A stretch of 64,000 nucleotides of DNA, from NCBI RefSeq assembly GCF_009914755.1, contig NC_060942.1; one strand, written 5' to 3'. Both the position numbers and the translations under genes were made by a program. This DNA is from the human T2T-CHM13v2.0 reference genome, Homo sapiens. The notes beneath the pieces were generated by a model that had not been told where the DNA came from, ran no database searches, and saw only the letters and a list, made by a program, of their open reading frames with translations. Of this stretch, positions 1 to 13,552 are shown in pieces; positions within the stretch are counted from its first letter, which is position 1; every line of letters begins with the position of its first letter.

Positions 1-656
1 TTTATCCATTGTGCATGATCTTGTGAGTGCCAGGGACACAAGCCACACCTCTAAAACCAGTGAACACTGCCACAATGGACCAACTGAAAGGAACTGAGGA
101 AAGATGGACACTAAAAAAGCTAACTTCTTATAACCTGAAATTAAAATACCTATTAAACTCCCCCTAGCACTAGCTTGACTTAGTGCTTGCCCTCAAGGAG
201 CTTGAAGGCAAACTTATGCAGCTGTAACAGACAGAACAGGAGGGGAGGGAAGGAGAGAGAGAAAGAGACAGAGAAAGAGAAAATTTGTTCTCAATAATTA
301 TACCAGACTAAGGAACACTTCTCACCATTTTCTCTCCAGCTCTCCAGATCTACCAGAAAAGAAAAAAATCAGATTAAAGGTTGTAACTCCCAAAATTGAA
401 GAACTGTATTCCTGTATATTTTACCTTTTCCTTCAAAGAACAAGTTTCTGCTAATATTCTTTGTCCAACCATGCAGAAGAGTAAGTAGATTTGAAACACA
501 CACACACATACACAAACACACCACATTTTGTAGGCACTACATAGAGGTCAAAAGACACACATAAGCTATTTGGGTTCAAATTTATTTTTCCTTCATTTTC
601 TGAAATATTTTATTAATGCCTATGATTTGCTAAATGCAAATTTATGAAAGGGAGAT

Positions 657-1021
657 TGATATGGTTTGGCTGTGTCCCCACTCAAATCTCATCTTGAATT
701 GTAGCTCCCATAATCCCCACGTGTCATGGGAGGGACCCGGTGGGAGGTAATTGAATCATGGGGGTGGGTTTTTTCCATGCTGGTCTCATGACAGTGAATA
801 AGTCTCATGAGATCTGATGGTTTCATGCATGGGAGTTCCCCTGCACATGCTCTCTTGCCTGCTGCCATGTAAGACGTGTCTTTGCTCCTCCTTCACCTTC
901 AGCCATGATTGTGAGGCCTTCCCAGTCATGTGGAACTGTGAGTCCAGTAAACCTCTTTTTCTTTATAAATTACTCAGTCTCAGGTATGTCTTTATTAACA
1001 GCATGAGAATGGGCTAATACA
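657..1021 (+). mobile_element. THE1-type (THE1C/D-like) MaLR solo LTR
   Basis: Begins TGATATGGTTTGGCTGTGTCCCC and ends GGGCTAATACA, with the typical THE1 body (gagatctgatggttt, gccatgtaagacgtg, gtggaactgtgagtcc). No clear TSD. Confidence 0.92.
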
Positions 1022-1759
1022 GGGCCATTCATATGAGAGGAAATGTTTAGTTCAAAGAAATGCTGACTTCAGCCTATCATTTCTTACATTTGAATAACCA
1101 GGAAAAGGATCTAAACCGTTTGAATTTTAACACATTTTATGGCCTCTTTATATCCTTCCAAAGTGCATTCATACTTATATAATATAATGAACTACCCACC
1201 TGACTCGAATTCTTTCCTTGTCTAGTTAGAGGTGGCATTTGAGTTAGCTGACCAGCTATTGTAAATACAAATGAATTTTTCTAGGAAAAGACACAAACTC
1301 ACACTGGATAGTTTATTGTGGTGTTTATTGCACACCTGGGGACTGAGTTTTATTACCTGCCTACCTTGGTGAGAAACAGACTACAATGGCCAGGAATCAT
1401 TCTGTGTTCTGTGTGAAGGAGGTATTTAATTTGTATCTTGGTTGTACCTTGGTTGGGGAGGTCCAGTTATTTGCAAAATGAGTTCAATCCAAATAATGAG
1501 CTAAAGCATAGGCTGAAATGGAGCCATTTCTTCATCAAGCAGGACCAATTCCCCAAACCAAAACAGTTGAAAGCATTTTACCTTTCCCACATTACCTGGG
1601 AAACTGCTGTGAAGAAGAAAGCCTGGGAGCGTGGAACCCACGAATATTGCTGGTACTAAATCTAATGGCCAAATGGAAAAGCTAAGTTTGGTTCCAATAA
1701 TAGAAAGAATATTGAAGAATTTCTAAAAGGGATCACAGTAGCATTTCCTGAAAACACTA

Positions 1760-1880
1760 GAGCTGTGATTCTTATACTTTTGGGGATTATTTTAAGAATA
1801 TGTTGAAAGCTACAAGCTGTCTCTCTAGCAGTTCAAGGACACCCTGAAGGCTGCATGGACCCCAGGTTAAGCTCCTGCAG
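1760..1880. mobile_element. degenerate hAT-Charlie-type MITE fragment
   Basis: Ends in ggacccccaggttaag, resembling Charlie/MER5-group terminal repeats. Highly diverged. Confidence 0.4.
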
Positions 1881-1989
1881 GAAAGGAAAACCGTCACTTC
1901 TGAGGTGTCTATGAATTCTCTGTCTTCCTTTTAACTACAGAAACTCTTAATAAAAGTAGCTCTCATTGCCCAGAAATATATATTTTTAT

Positions 1990-2145
1990 ATCTTCTGAAT
2001 AATCTTTACAACAACCATGCAGTGGGCTTCACCCCTAGTTCAGTGGCTATTACCCCCAGTTCAGAATTGAGGAAACTGAGGCTGCGAGAGATGGGTTGCA
2101 TATTTGTCCAGAGACACACAGCTGGTGAGGGATAGAAGCAGCCTC
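1990..2145 (-). mobile_element. MIR SINE fragment
   Basis: gaggaaactgaggctgcgagag...cacacagctggtgag is the reverse complement of the MIR core. Confidence 0.75.
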
Positions 2146-2937
2146 CTGGCCCAGAGTCCTGGGGTGGGAGGTGTCCTCCTCATCTTGGGTGGAGTAGAGG
2201 ACGATATGCTTACTCTGATTTACATGATAAAGGAACATGACTTCAGTGAATACAGCTGACAAAATAAGGGAACTCTGTACATGGGGGCCTCAGACCTCTT
2301 GAGCCCACTGTGGCCTACAGCACGTCGGTGTAACAAGCAAGCTAAAATTTCAAGACTTTCCCAAGCAGAACCCACTTGGGACCTGCAAAACCGATTGGAA
2401 TTCAAGGCCAGGCCTCAAAGCCCATCCACATCAACTCTCTCTGGCTTGATTTAATACCTGGCCTTGATTCTGGGCCATGCATTTAAAGAGAGTGGGAAGA
2501 AATACAGTTTTTATTAGCATTTTGGAACAAAGTAATGTTTGATTATCAGTTATTTTGAACAAATAACCAAATCTATTATTCAACTGTATACACACATTCC
2601 CTGTCACGGTCTAGAAATAACCGAAGGAAATTGTCCAAATTTACTAATTCAACCCCTGGAAAGACTTTTGTTGGTTTTATTTTTATTAACCAGTTTAGCT
2701 CTCTCTACAGCCTAAATTTACAACATGATTTTTATACTTTCTGGTTCAGTTTATATTGTGTAAGCCTATGAGCTGAAAATAAAATGAGTATGTAGGTAAT
2801 TTATGGGAGAAAGAGAACTTGCCAAGAGGTTGTATTAGTCAGGGATGAGGTGCTAAGGAAGTTGTATGACCGAGATTGCTAATTGCAGCCTTGGCAAAGA
2901 CAGAAACAGAGATGTAGAAAGATGCTGATTAGGCACA

Positions 2938-3001
2938 GATGTGTGCATGGGTGTGTACAAGAGTGCATGTGTGTATGCACATATATGTGCGTGTGTGTGT
3001 T
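2938..3001. repeat. imperfect (TG)n/(TGCA) microsatellite
   Basis: gtgtgcatgggtgtgtacaagagtgcatgtgtgtatgcac...gtgtgtgtgt. Confidence 0.85.
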
Positions 3002-3545
3002 TTAATTAGGCTCTTTCAGTTGGCAGTGAAAAGAGACAAGCATTTCCATCGAGTAATGGAATTTATATGGAAAACATGTAGAGAAATAAGGAAGCATGGG
3101 TTACCTCTACACAGGTGGACAAGGAAGTGCCTGGGAAGACGGTGTCTCATTCGGGACATAACAGCCTTCTCCCGTTGCGTGTGCTCACTGTGCCAGCCTT
3201 CTGATGGGTCTTGCGTGACCCCCACCTACTCCCGGGTGCTGTGTCTGTGCACTTCTGCTGCTGTCTGGCTCTCCTGCCTCACTGTCCCTCCCCTTGACAA
3301 GATCTGTCCCCACTTACCTCAGAGCCCCACTGCCATTCAGGAGGGCTCTCCAGCCAGGGCTCTCTTCAGCCTGCAGTCTCACCTTGGCTGAAAGACCAAG
3401 TTGAGAAGGCCACTGTTTACACAGCCTTAAGAGATTCGAGAATAAAGAACTATCCAAGACCCAGTTCCCCAAAGAAGCTGTGCATATTGATCTTTGCTGC
3501 ACAGACATCTACAAGGCTACTTTGAGGCAAATCTGTTTGTTATAA

Positions 3546-3942
3546 TGTAGGGTAAATGCACCTGATAGCAATCACAGCAATAACTTAAACATAGCCATAG
3601 AATGACCCTGTATGGCAGATGCACCTAGATTTGTGTTCTGAGAGTAGCCAGCCTGGAGATTCGTTCCTTCTCTATGAGGAATATTGGAACCCCGGACTTG
3701 GCCTGTAAGACATAGGCTGTACAGGGGATTGAAGCCCTGAGTTTTGGGTTAAATGAAGGCTGCCAGGTAGATGTTGTTAAGGGGAAGGTATTAAGTGAAA
3801 ATGCTATATAAACTGCATGCTGTTTGCAAGTGTTTTCAGTTCTCCTGTCCAGTGCGCCGCCACTGGACTCGCTCTGGGTCTCTTCTTCAGCCTCTTGAAC
3901 CTGGTACCACCTCACTGAGGTTAACAGCCATTCAGCACAGCA
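3546..3942 (+). mobile_element. LTR47-like ERVL solo LTR
   Basis: TG...CA termini, start TGTAGGGTAAATGCACCTGA, internal TATA (gctatataaac), and a perfect 5-bp TSD TATAA at 3541-3545 and 3943-3947. Confidence 0.85.
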
Positions 3943-4284
3943 TATAAGGATGCCAGGATCAAAATCAGAGAGCCACCAAGGATAAAGGCAAACTTCACTC
4001 CTATGGCCTCAATGGCACCTCTGTGGTCTCTGACGACCTGGGATATTCTGAGTGATGAAAGTTATTTATATTTTCCTGTCCAGATTCCGGAGGAGGAAGT
4101 CTTATTGGCTTATCAAACACAGCCCTCCTCACCAGGCCACTGTGGGAAATGCCAAAGACAGACACATATAGAGCTTGCTGGATTGTGTTGTCAGCATGGA
4201 AGCACCATGCCCCCAACGCCCGGGACTATATTCCCCAGTCTCCCTCTCTGTACAGTTCCAGATTAGAGTGGATCCTCGAAACAC

Positions 4285-4395
4285 TAACCATAGGGATTAC
4301 CATATGGCCTAGCAATTGTTCCTAGACATGTACCCCAAACAATTGAAAGCAGGGACTCTAACAAACATCTGCGTGCCAATGTACATTGCAGCTCA
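4285..4395 (+). mobile_element. old L1 (L1M) ORF2 3' fragment
   Basis: ttaccatatggcctagcaatt...taccccaaacaattgaaagcagggactc...gccaatgtacattgcagc resembles the end of L1 ORF2. Confidence 0.7.
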
Positions 4396-5736
4396 GGCCT
4401 GTGCCTGTGCACCAGGACAATGAGGGTAAGGGGTTTGTTCTCTGACACTTCCAGGCCTTTCCTTACCCAGCCCTCCCTACCTTGGCAAGTTTTCATTCCC
4501 ATATTTAATTCTCTATTCCCAGAACACTTAGAGGGGGCTCTTTTTCCAGCTAGTGAAAGTCCCCACTCCTGGCCCCACTGAAAATTATCCTCTAAGAAGG
4601 ACAGCCAGGTCTTCTTCCCTGAGTGGAGAGCTGGGTGTGGGGTCGGCAACGCCAACCACTGTCCGAACAGCACTTCACAGTTCAGGAAGAGCTGTCCGCA
4701 TGTAGTATCCCCCTCCACTGGGACTAGGGCTGTGTTATTATTTTGAGAAGTGTAAATGGAGACACAGAAAGGTTAAGTGGCCTCCGAGAATAGTGAATTC
4801 CTAAGTGATGGCGTGGGGTCTGGGTCTGTCTCGATTTCTCTGGGCCATCAGCACTCGTTCCTCTTGTGACCTGGGGCTCAGTAGTGAGAATGCCTCTGGG
4901 CAGCTGGGTGAGGTCCAAGCATGTGTGGCTCCTGTCCACTTCCAACCAACCTGGCTCACTCAGGCTTCCTCGGAGTAAGCCCCAAACCCCACCTAAGAAG
5001 CCTGTAAAGTTAGGATTTGTTTTACAAATTATTGTTATGGAGCTCATTAGTGTTACCCTATTTGTCTTTTACCGTTAGTATTGATTTTTCAGATTCACCC
5101 ATCACAGAGCGTCTGGGCACATGCCCAAGACAGATGCATGCTAATTAAACTCTGAGCATCCTCACTCTCGATCTCATGCACGTGTGTCCCCGTATCATAA
5201 ACCAGGCAAATGTCAGGATAGTCAGATGGCCCTGGAATCATGTGCAGTAAAAGTGACCAAATTCCAACAGGTACCTCCAGCTTTAAAAGTTCCCTGTGGG
5301 TTAGACACGTTCTTGTAATGCACCCTCAACATTATGGTACCACAGCGACAAGCAGGGCCCCACCCCTGACTGCCAAGGCAAGTTTCCACGTTCTTGGGAG
5401 GGGTGGAGGCCCTCCTGCAGAGTGCACTAGTTCCTGCTTTGGTAAGAATGGCTGGTGCATTAGCCCCAGTGCCATGGTGCCCCTGAGGACAACAGTCATC
5501 ATTTAAACCAGAGACCCTTGGGCAAGGCTGGTCCTGAGCCAGGACCCTCTCAGGTTCTGTGTCCCCTGAAGGATTGTGTTCAGACCCAGACCTTGGGGGC
5601 TGCCATGCGAACACTCTCTCAGGTTCTGTGTGCACATGGTGACTGAGGCCCCAACTTCCAACCCTGGCACTAGAGTGAGATATCAATCCGCCACTTCCAA
5701 AGGTGTAAACGTCACTAGCAGTCTGAAAGTTCAGGG

Positions 5737-5951
5737 TAGTGATGCTCAGCTGAGGGCCACTCTGCTCCCCCCAGGGGACATTTGGCAACGTCTCAGACTA
5801 TTTGGTTGTCACGACCAGACAGGGTGCTACTGGTATAAAGTGGGCAGAGGCCTGGGATGTGCTGAACATCCTACAAAGCCAATGCCCAGGACAGCATCAC
5901 ATCAAGGAGTTAACCAGCCCGAAGTTCAATGGAACAGATTGAGAAACCCTG
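5737..5951 (+). mobile_element. MER20 hAT-Charlie DNA transposon
   Basis: ccccccaggggacatttggcaacgtctcagac...ggttgtcac...gtgctactgg...gctgaacatcctaca...gattgagaaaccctg matches MER20. Confidence 0.88.
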
Positions 5952-6197
5952 GACTAGAGAATTCTTACCTTGTGCTTCTTCTTCTAAAGACTTTTAAAAG
6001 GTTAAAATCATTACAATGTACTACATTACAAGTTGACCATTTTTATTTCTACCTTCAAACCAATATGCTTAACAGCGGAAATATAATCTCCAATATATTT
6101 AAGATGTTGCACCTATACTTGTCATGCATCTTTTTAAATTTTGGTCAGTTTCTTAAGTCTTTTCTTACTTGTTTGAACACTGAGGTTCTATTTACTA

Positions 6198-6416
6198 CAG
6201 GTTGAGAATCCCTTATCCAGAATGCTTGGGACCAGATGTGTTTCAGATTTCACATTTTTTTCAATTTTGGAATATTTGCATTATACTTAGCATCCCTAAT
6301 CTGAAAATCTGAAGACCAAAATGCCCCAGTGAGCATTTCCTTTGAGTGTTGTATCAGCACTCAAAGTGTTAGATTTGGGAACATTTCAGATTTTTGGATT
6401 AGGGATGCTCAACCTG
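6198..6416. mobile_element. Tigger4 (MER46/Zombi) MITE
   Basis: Terminal inverted repeats CAGGTTGAGAATCCCT ... AGGGATGCTCAACCTG, preceded by TA (Tc1/mariner target site). Confidence 0.88.
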
Positions 6417-6479
6417 CATTTGTGGAGATGTACGGTCCAGAGGGCACATGGGAGACAGAATTTTCTTTTTCTTCCCCAG

Positions 6480-7140
6480 TAAGAGAAGACCCTGTCTCCT
6501 GCCTTTAGGAATGTGGAAGCACATTTGGAAAATGAAGGCACTGCGAGGGTGTCTGTGCTCATACAATGTGGACAGTAAGAGCTATCAGCGCATAGAAACC
6601 ACTGCAGGCTAACATGGTCTCAGGAGACTCCTTGAGAAGGTCAAATTTGGTCTGGACCTTCAAGGAAAAGTTGGAGTTGGAAAGGCAATGGGAGAAAAAT
6701 GCTGAACAATGCATGACACACAGGCTTTGCTGAGCACGCTGAACTCAGTGCCCAGGGCAAGAGAAGTGTGAAGAACAGGATCTGTATCCGGGAGCACCAG
6801 GAGTTGAATCTGGAAAGTTGAGAACCAGATTACAAATTGCCGTGAAGAGCAGGTTTAGGCTGCTACAGAACATTCTGGAGCAATGGATTTATAAAATGAA
6901 AGAAGCATTTTCATAAATGAAATTGGTCACTTTAAATAAGCGAAATTAGAGGTCAGAAAGACAATTAAGAGATCCCGTGATAATTGAGGACCAGTGAAAA
7001 AGGCCATGATTGGGGTGAGATTTTGAGCCTGGGTGGTGAATAAATAGTATTTGTTCTTGTTATTATCAAGAAATTAGAGGTTACCAAAAGTGGAAGAGGG
7101 AACAGGAGAAGGATGAAGGATTGCGCTCAGTTCTTTGAGG
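6480..7140 (-). mobile_element. degenerate L2 LINE fragments
   Basis: Purine-rich stretch with antisense L2-like motifs (ccctgtctcctgcc..., ggagactccttgagaaggt..., ttttgagcctgggtgg). Confidence 0.5.
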
Positions 7141-10100
7141 AAGGAAGAAGCAGAGAATGCTATCTCCATCTTTTGAACCTTAAATAATTCCTCAACCTTA
7201 TAAAATCTGCATCTTCCATCACTTTATTGAAACTTGTCTTAATATAGAAGTCACAGTGACCTCATAATTGGTCAGTCTAGTTGCTTGAATTTCAACCATT
7301 TCAACCTACTTAATTTTCCCATTTTTTTAACTACTTGAATTTTATGTTTTTAGTGCACAGTCAACGTGCATTTTTAAAAATGTGTTTTCATGCAAATATT
7401 TTGTATTACTTTCAGGCAGTGTGCCATGCCAGGCACAATCAGAAACCTGAAAGAGCAAGGTGGCTCCATCCTCGGGGATGAAACTGCTGAGCAGAGCAGG
7501 AGGGGGCCCGTGGGTGGGACGCCCCCCCATGCACCCACCCACCCTTCCTCAGTAAGGATTGAACTGTACCCAGGGTCAGAACAAGGCACTGAAGGCCTGT
7601 AAGCAGGAGCGAGACAGACTCAGGTTTGCATGTTTGAAACCATATTTGGGAAGCATCTTTCCTACAAACCATCTTTGTGCTGTGTGGACAAGACCCCACA
7701 GGGGTGAGGGTGGATGGTGGGGACAGCCAGGGAGCTGCTGCAGGTTCCTCCAGGAATCAGTGTGGTGATGGAGTGGCGGGAGCTCTGGGAGAGATGGACT
7801 GAGAGGCCTCCCTTAGCAACTGGGCAAAACTCCCTTCCAGGTGTCTGGCAGGAGCATCTGAGCAGAGGAGCCCAGAGGGAGTGCCTGGGAAGGAGGGAAG
7901 CTGCAGAGCCCAGTTTGGATGCATGAAATATTGCTGCCTGGGACATGCCTGTTGAGCGTCCTGCAGTGAAGAGAAGGTGCTGAGCCCAGGAATGCAGTCT
8001 GGGGCAGGAGATGGTACCCCTTGCTTTCTACAGAGCTCCCTCTTCCTCCTCAGGCTTGCATGGACCCCTCCTCCGCCGCCGCCCTGTTTCAGCAGTGATA
8101 ATGTCCAGAACCCCCAGCTCTCAAGGCTGTGCTTTGTCTCTCCTAGGACAACCTCACCCTGGCATAGGACTCCAGCCCTACCTTGATGCAGAATATGCAG
8201 ACATCCTCACCTGACTCCTGGCAAACTATCCACCTGCCATCGATTTTTTTTTGGTGCTTTTTTGGTATCTTTTGCTTAACAAAGAAAATCTGAGCTCATT
8301 TTCTTTCCTAAAAGAGAAAGAAGAGGGCCTCCTCCTCTGTTTATGGTTTTACCCTTTACCCAAATGTCCAGCCCCCAAATGCAGATCCATCTCCTTAGCT
8401 GGGGAATCCCAGTCATTCTGGAAGCTGTGGAGATTCCGTCTCAGAGCTGCACCTGCTTCTCCTTCCTCTCCTGACAGCCTTAGTCCATGCCCTCCTCACA
8501 ACCTTGCTAACTCACAGTTGCTTCTGACTTCTTCTTCCTCTCACCAGCCTTTCAAACTCCAGCATACCCTCCACATTGTACTAGGGGTATTACTTTAGCA
8601 AGCAAACTGACCCCATCACCACCCAGCCATAGCACCCACTGCCCCCTGTGGTCTAAGGACACACCTGGGCTGGGCACACACAGCCCTGAACAGCCTGGCC
8701 CCATCCTGCTCTGCACAACTCTCCTGTCACCACTCCACCACCTCCCATCTCCCGGCATCCTTGCCATTCCCCGAATGCACGCGGACTCCTTGCCTTTACA
8801 TCTGCTGCTCTCTCCACTTAAATCCTCTCCACCTAAAAAGCCTATTCTCTGTTCAAAGGCCACATCTCCTGGGAACCATCCCTGCCTCCTCCAAGTGAAC
8901 TGGGTGTTTTGCAACTTATCTCTTTGGTTGTCTATATTTACAAAAGTCTCCTATCTCTTCTTTGAATCCTTTGATTCTTTGAATCTTGAGGACAAAAGAA
9001 GCCAAGGGTTGGCTACATTTCATTTCCCCTGTTCTGAGTCCTGCCTGCCCATTAGAGCCCCCCGGGAAGCATCTTTCCTACAACCCTGCCTGGGCCTCCC
9101 TACAGAGATTCCAGTTCCCTTGATGGGGCAGGGTTGGGCTGATAGGATCTTGCAGCTCCCCAGGTCATGAAAATGGGCAGCTGGAGCCGAGAACCAGAGT
9201 GAGAAACAGGAAATCACTGGCAGATATTTCTACCAGGAAGAAGAATTTAGAAGATGTGAGTGAGGGGAAGCAGGAAGACACCCCCACACTCAGACACCCA
9301 AGGGGGGGACGAATTCAGCAGTCCAAGTGACTTGGCAAGGCTGAAAGCCAAGTTGCTGGAGATCCTGGTAAGTGTATGATGGGCTAGAATTTGCCTAGAT
9401 GTGCTCAAGCCAGATGGAGAAATTGGAGATAAGATTCTACATCACGTCACGGGGTAGAAGAGGAAGGTGAAAGATTATCTTAATTCTCCTTACTCTTAGC
9501 CCTTCCTCCCGGGATCCACCTGCATGACAGTGTGATTCATGTGAAATGTGCTCCACGCCTACAAAATAAGAGGCCAGGGCATTCTTCATGCTTCCACCCC
9601 TTGTCCTCCACGCTCTTCAGAGGCTTGGAGAATTCTTTAGGAGGATTCCATTACTAATAGAGTGAAGGGAGAGATGAGCCCAAGGAGCCCCCGGCATTCA
9701 AGGCTGCAACAGGTTCCCCTTCAGCTGCCTAAATTCCCTCTTCTCTGTTCCAGGTGTCTCATTTTGTGTCTCTAGCCCGGGAGTGTATTCCCATCAATTT
9801 CCTCTGCCTCTGCTTCTGATGAAGTCCTGATGATCCGTTTGTGGGTAAGCAGTGGTTTCTGCCTTCTTGTGGCGAAGACAGCCCCAGGCTCCAGCTCAGC
9901 ACCCATCTGGAGGACCTGGGAGTCGGGGCCAGGGCTGCCTTGCCTGGGCCTGACCAGCCACAGGACGATAAGCCCCGGGACGTCTGAAACCCTCACCCAT
10001 GGGAAACGTGCACAGGAGCAGAGGATGACATTTGGGAAGGAACAAAATAGCACAACATGTAGGAAGTTGTGAGAGAAAGATTATTTAATCCTCTTCCGAA

Positions 10101-11169
10101 ATGCTGGCTGAGCTCCAGAAGCAGTAGGCAGAAGACCAGTTTAGAAAAGTGAAAACTAATCTGAATAATGATGAGAGCGCTTGTGTCAGGAACTGGCCCA
10201 GCAAACTCATTTATAGCCTTGTAAGTGGGGGAATAATTGAATCTTCCTGCAAAAATGAACATGCCACATAAAAGAGATCAAATTGGATTTCTCTCACCAG
10301 GACGTAGATCAGCAACTCATATTTATGCCCCATGCAGTTGGATAAATAATTACATAATCAAAAGAAAATATCTTTATTTTAGAGCCTTACAAATGGCGTT
10401 TAACTTCATTCTATATGTCAGATTCCATTGAAACTAGTTCCAGGTTTGCCTGGTCAGAAGAGGGGTATTTTGTTTGTTTGTTTGTTTGTTTTTGAGTTTT
10501 GAAATAATGCTGCATCTGAAATCAGATTCCAAAACATACATTCTTTTGTCAAAAGCAGAAACAATAAGCAGCCTTCTTTAACATTGCCTCTCAGGTAATG
10601 AGACACTACCAACTGTAGCCATTCATCCTTGAAGAAAGAAGCCAGTGTATTTGTGCCCGGGCTACCTCACCTCATGTAGAAGCGCACTCTAGCCTCTGCT
10701 CACCTTGTCTGTAAATGGCACAACCCCAGGGAACAGAGTACATTTGGGTCTGACCCCTGTGCTGGAAGACACCCAAGAACCACTTGTAAGATTAAGGAGT
10801 GGGGAGGTGGGTTTGTACTTGAAATGGACCCTGTGCTGGAAAAGTGGGGGGCACAGGTCCATGTACCAGGCCATGCTGATGAGGTCAGGAAGACTGGCAT
10901 GACCCCACACAGTTTAACTGGCTTTCAGAGTAGGTCTCTCCTCCCCTCTTTTACTGCTTTAGAACAAAAATATTGTTTTCCAACTAAAATAGCTCACTTG
11001 TCACTGTGCCCCCATAATAAACTGACAGGTGCTATGTAAATAAAATACAAAGGAATTATTTGCAACCAGAAAAAAATTCAAAGCTTATCAAATTAAAAAT
11101 TAGAAAATCATGGAATAAAGGTTCTAGACCTGAACGCTCGTCCTCATGGCAGTTTTCTAGGAAGTGAGA

Positions 11170-11630
11170 TTCTGCTCCCAGGGTTAGCATCTTCATCATA
11201 ATAATCCCCGACGCTTCCTCCATGGCAGCATCGCTTTAAGCGCTTTACACAGGTCACATCCCACGGTGGGGGAGGAAGTGTTGGTAGCTTTGCTTTGTAG
11301 TAAGTAGCCGAGGCATAGCTATTTTAGTCAAGATCACACAGCCAGTAAATATCACAACTGGGAGAGGAAGCCAGGCAATCCCAGGCCAGGGCACAGGTAG
11401 GCACCTGCCACACTATGCACTATGTCAACACTATGCACTATGTCAACACCATCAGAATTGCCTAAAGGCAGCAACTGCGCTAAGCAATTTACAGACATGG
11501 CTACATTTGGTCTGCACTTCCTGCAACCTTCTAAGATGGATACTCATCCCCTCAACGTACAGGTGAGGAAAATGCAGTGCATGGAGTTAGGATAAGACTG
11601 ACTCCAAGGTCTGGGCCTTCAACTACTAGG
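11170..11630 (-). mobile_element. two MIR fragments flanking an 18-bp tandem duplication (cactatgcactatgtcaa x2 at 11411-11446)
   Basis: agatcacacagccagtaaat and tacaggtgaggaaaatg motifs; the duplication is directly visible. Confidence 0.6.
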
Positions 11631-13434
11631 GGGGCAGGGGGCAGGGCACCCCGGTGAACCACCTGCTGCACAAGTCACTTTTAGGGGTTCGCACACCTCA
11701 GCATGTGCACCAGAGATGACTACTTCTGCCACACATGAACCGTTAGAAGCTTCCTCCAGTCCTTGGCCTGGCAGTCATTTCCCTAATACGCATTATCGCT
11801 GCTCTGAAACCCTTCTGAGAAGTCTGAAAATTTACTTCCACATCAAAATGTGGCCTATTGACACTTTCTCAGGATATCAACTGTATACGCACACATGTAG
11901 AAACATACGTACATGCATATGTACACACATGGACCCACACACAAAGGCGCACACACACGCAGAGCACACAAAGCCTAGCCATTTGCCCACGTTAGGGTCA
12001 CTATGATCATGACTGCCTCCTAATTAGGATGGATTTCCCCAGGAAGAAATGCCTGTTCTGCTGCCTAGCACCCTTCTGTGTTTGTTATTTGGGTTTGGGA
12101 ACGGAAGCTAGAAGCAGCTGATTTTTTTCACATAAGGATAAAGGTTGGAATTCATGAGAAGACCAAGGAAGCGAGAGGCTGGGAAGATGACAGAGGCCAC
12201 AGGTATGCAACATTACCTCTCCCAAGGGCCTCCAGATCCGAAGGCAGGCCCATTATATATTTGGATGCTTCTGGGTGTGCTGTCTTTTGGGGGAGTGGGG
12301 GCTATAGGAAGGGACTGGGATCTATTTCAAAGTAGTATGGTTAAGAAGCAGTCCTTGAGCATCACGAAGCCAAGGAGGCAAGTTGAGCTTCCTGGACCCT
12401 CATGGGTGTCCTGGGGGGAACCTGAGACCTGTAACATGCCACGGAATTAGTGAGTGTTCCAGCCAGTGTTGCCCGGAGCCAGAGGGGAAGGCAGGGGCCT
12501 GTGGCCTGGCCTCTCAGTTGCAGTTCCACAGAAAGGGCTCACATGGGGCTCAGGGACTTTGAGTATTAAAAAATGAAAGAACATAGGGGCTCAGGTGAAG
12601 ACAGCAAGTTTCTCCCATGAAAAGCCTTCACCCTGCTCATGCCTCCGGAGAAGGAAAGGCACGGCCACCAGACTGTGCCCTTTCTACCAATTCACGGGGC
12701 CCACAGGCTCCGGTTACTCTTCCTCCTCATCAAGCCCCCACGAAGCGTGTAACAGGTGCTTGTTTTAAATACCTCTTTACTGCACTAAAGGACTTGCCTG
12801 CCAGACATTTCAAACCTCCCAGAGGGCCCATCCACAGACACAGCATCCTTTGGAGGGCTGTGCAGCCCACGGAGAGTGGTGGAACCATTTGGACGCAGAA
12901 CACACCAGGGGTGGGAAGCGTTGTCACCTCTCCAACCTGGAAACCAGCCGGCTCCATGGGCTGACCCCCTCCCTCTCTTCAGTAGCACCGCCGCCAACTT
13001 CCAGTCCATCATCCCCAGAGGGGCCCTGGCTGTCTTGCTAAAATAATAATGCCAGTTTTGCCAACAAACCCGGTGGATCTCTCACTTCGAATGAACAATC
13101 ACATTTACAAACCTGCACCATCTGGCCTCAGTCCATCCTCCCACCTCCTTCCCCACGGCTCCACCCACACCACAAAGTCCCTCCACTAAGCCCTCTCCAC
13201 AGCCAAGGCCCCCTCCCCACCGTTGTCATGCTGTTCCTTCTTCCTTTAATGTTCTTCTCTACTTATTTGCCTGTCAAATTCATTTTTATCATTCCAGATC
13301 CAGATGTTAACTCCTCCATGAGGATTTCTTCTCCTACACTCTTTCAAAGATACTCATTTACTAACCCCGTCTGCTAGATGGCCATAATAATTTGTTAAAA
13401 CTTATATTATATTATACTTTCAACCTCTAGAGTC

Positions 13435-13552
13435 TGGATACATGTATAGATAGGTAGAGAGAGACAGGGATTTACATATATACATATTGATTAGCATATG
13501 TATATTGATAAATATATAGAGAGAGATTTTATATATATATATATATATATAT
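13435..13552. repeat. (TA)n / TA-GA-rich low-complexity tract within an L2 3' remnant
   Basis: atatatatatatatatatatatat run with flanking TA/GA-rich sequence. Confidence 0.85.

Noticed and set aside
5222-6205. Longest ORFs (188 aa and 209 aa) as genes
   Set aside because: They run through MER20 and AT-rich sequence with non-ATG starts and show no domain-like content. The repeated TEPERV peptide only reflects a 16-bp direct repeat (5547-5562 and 5616-5631).
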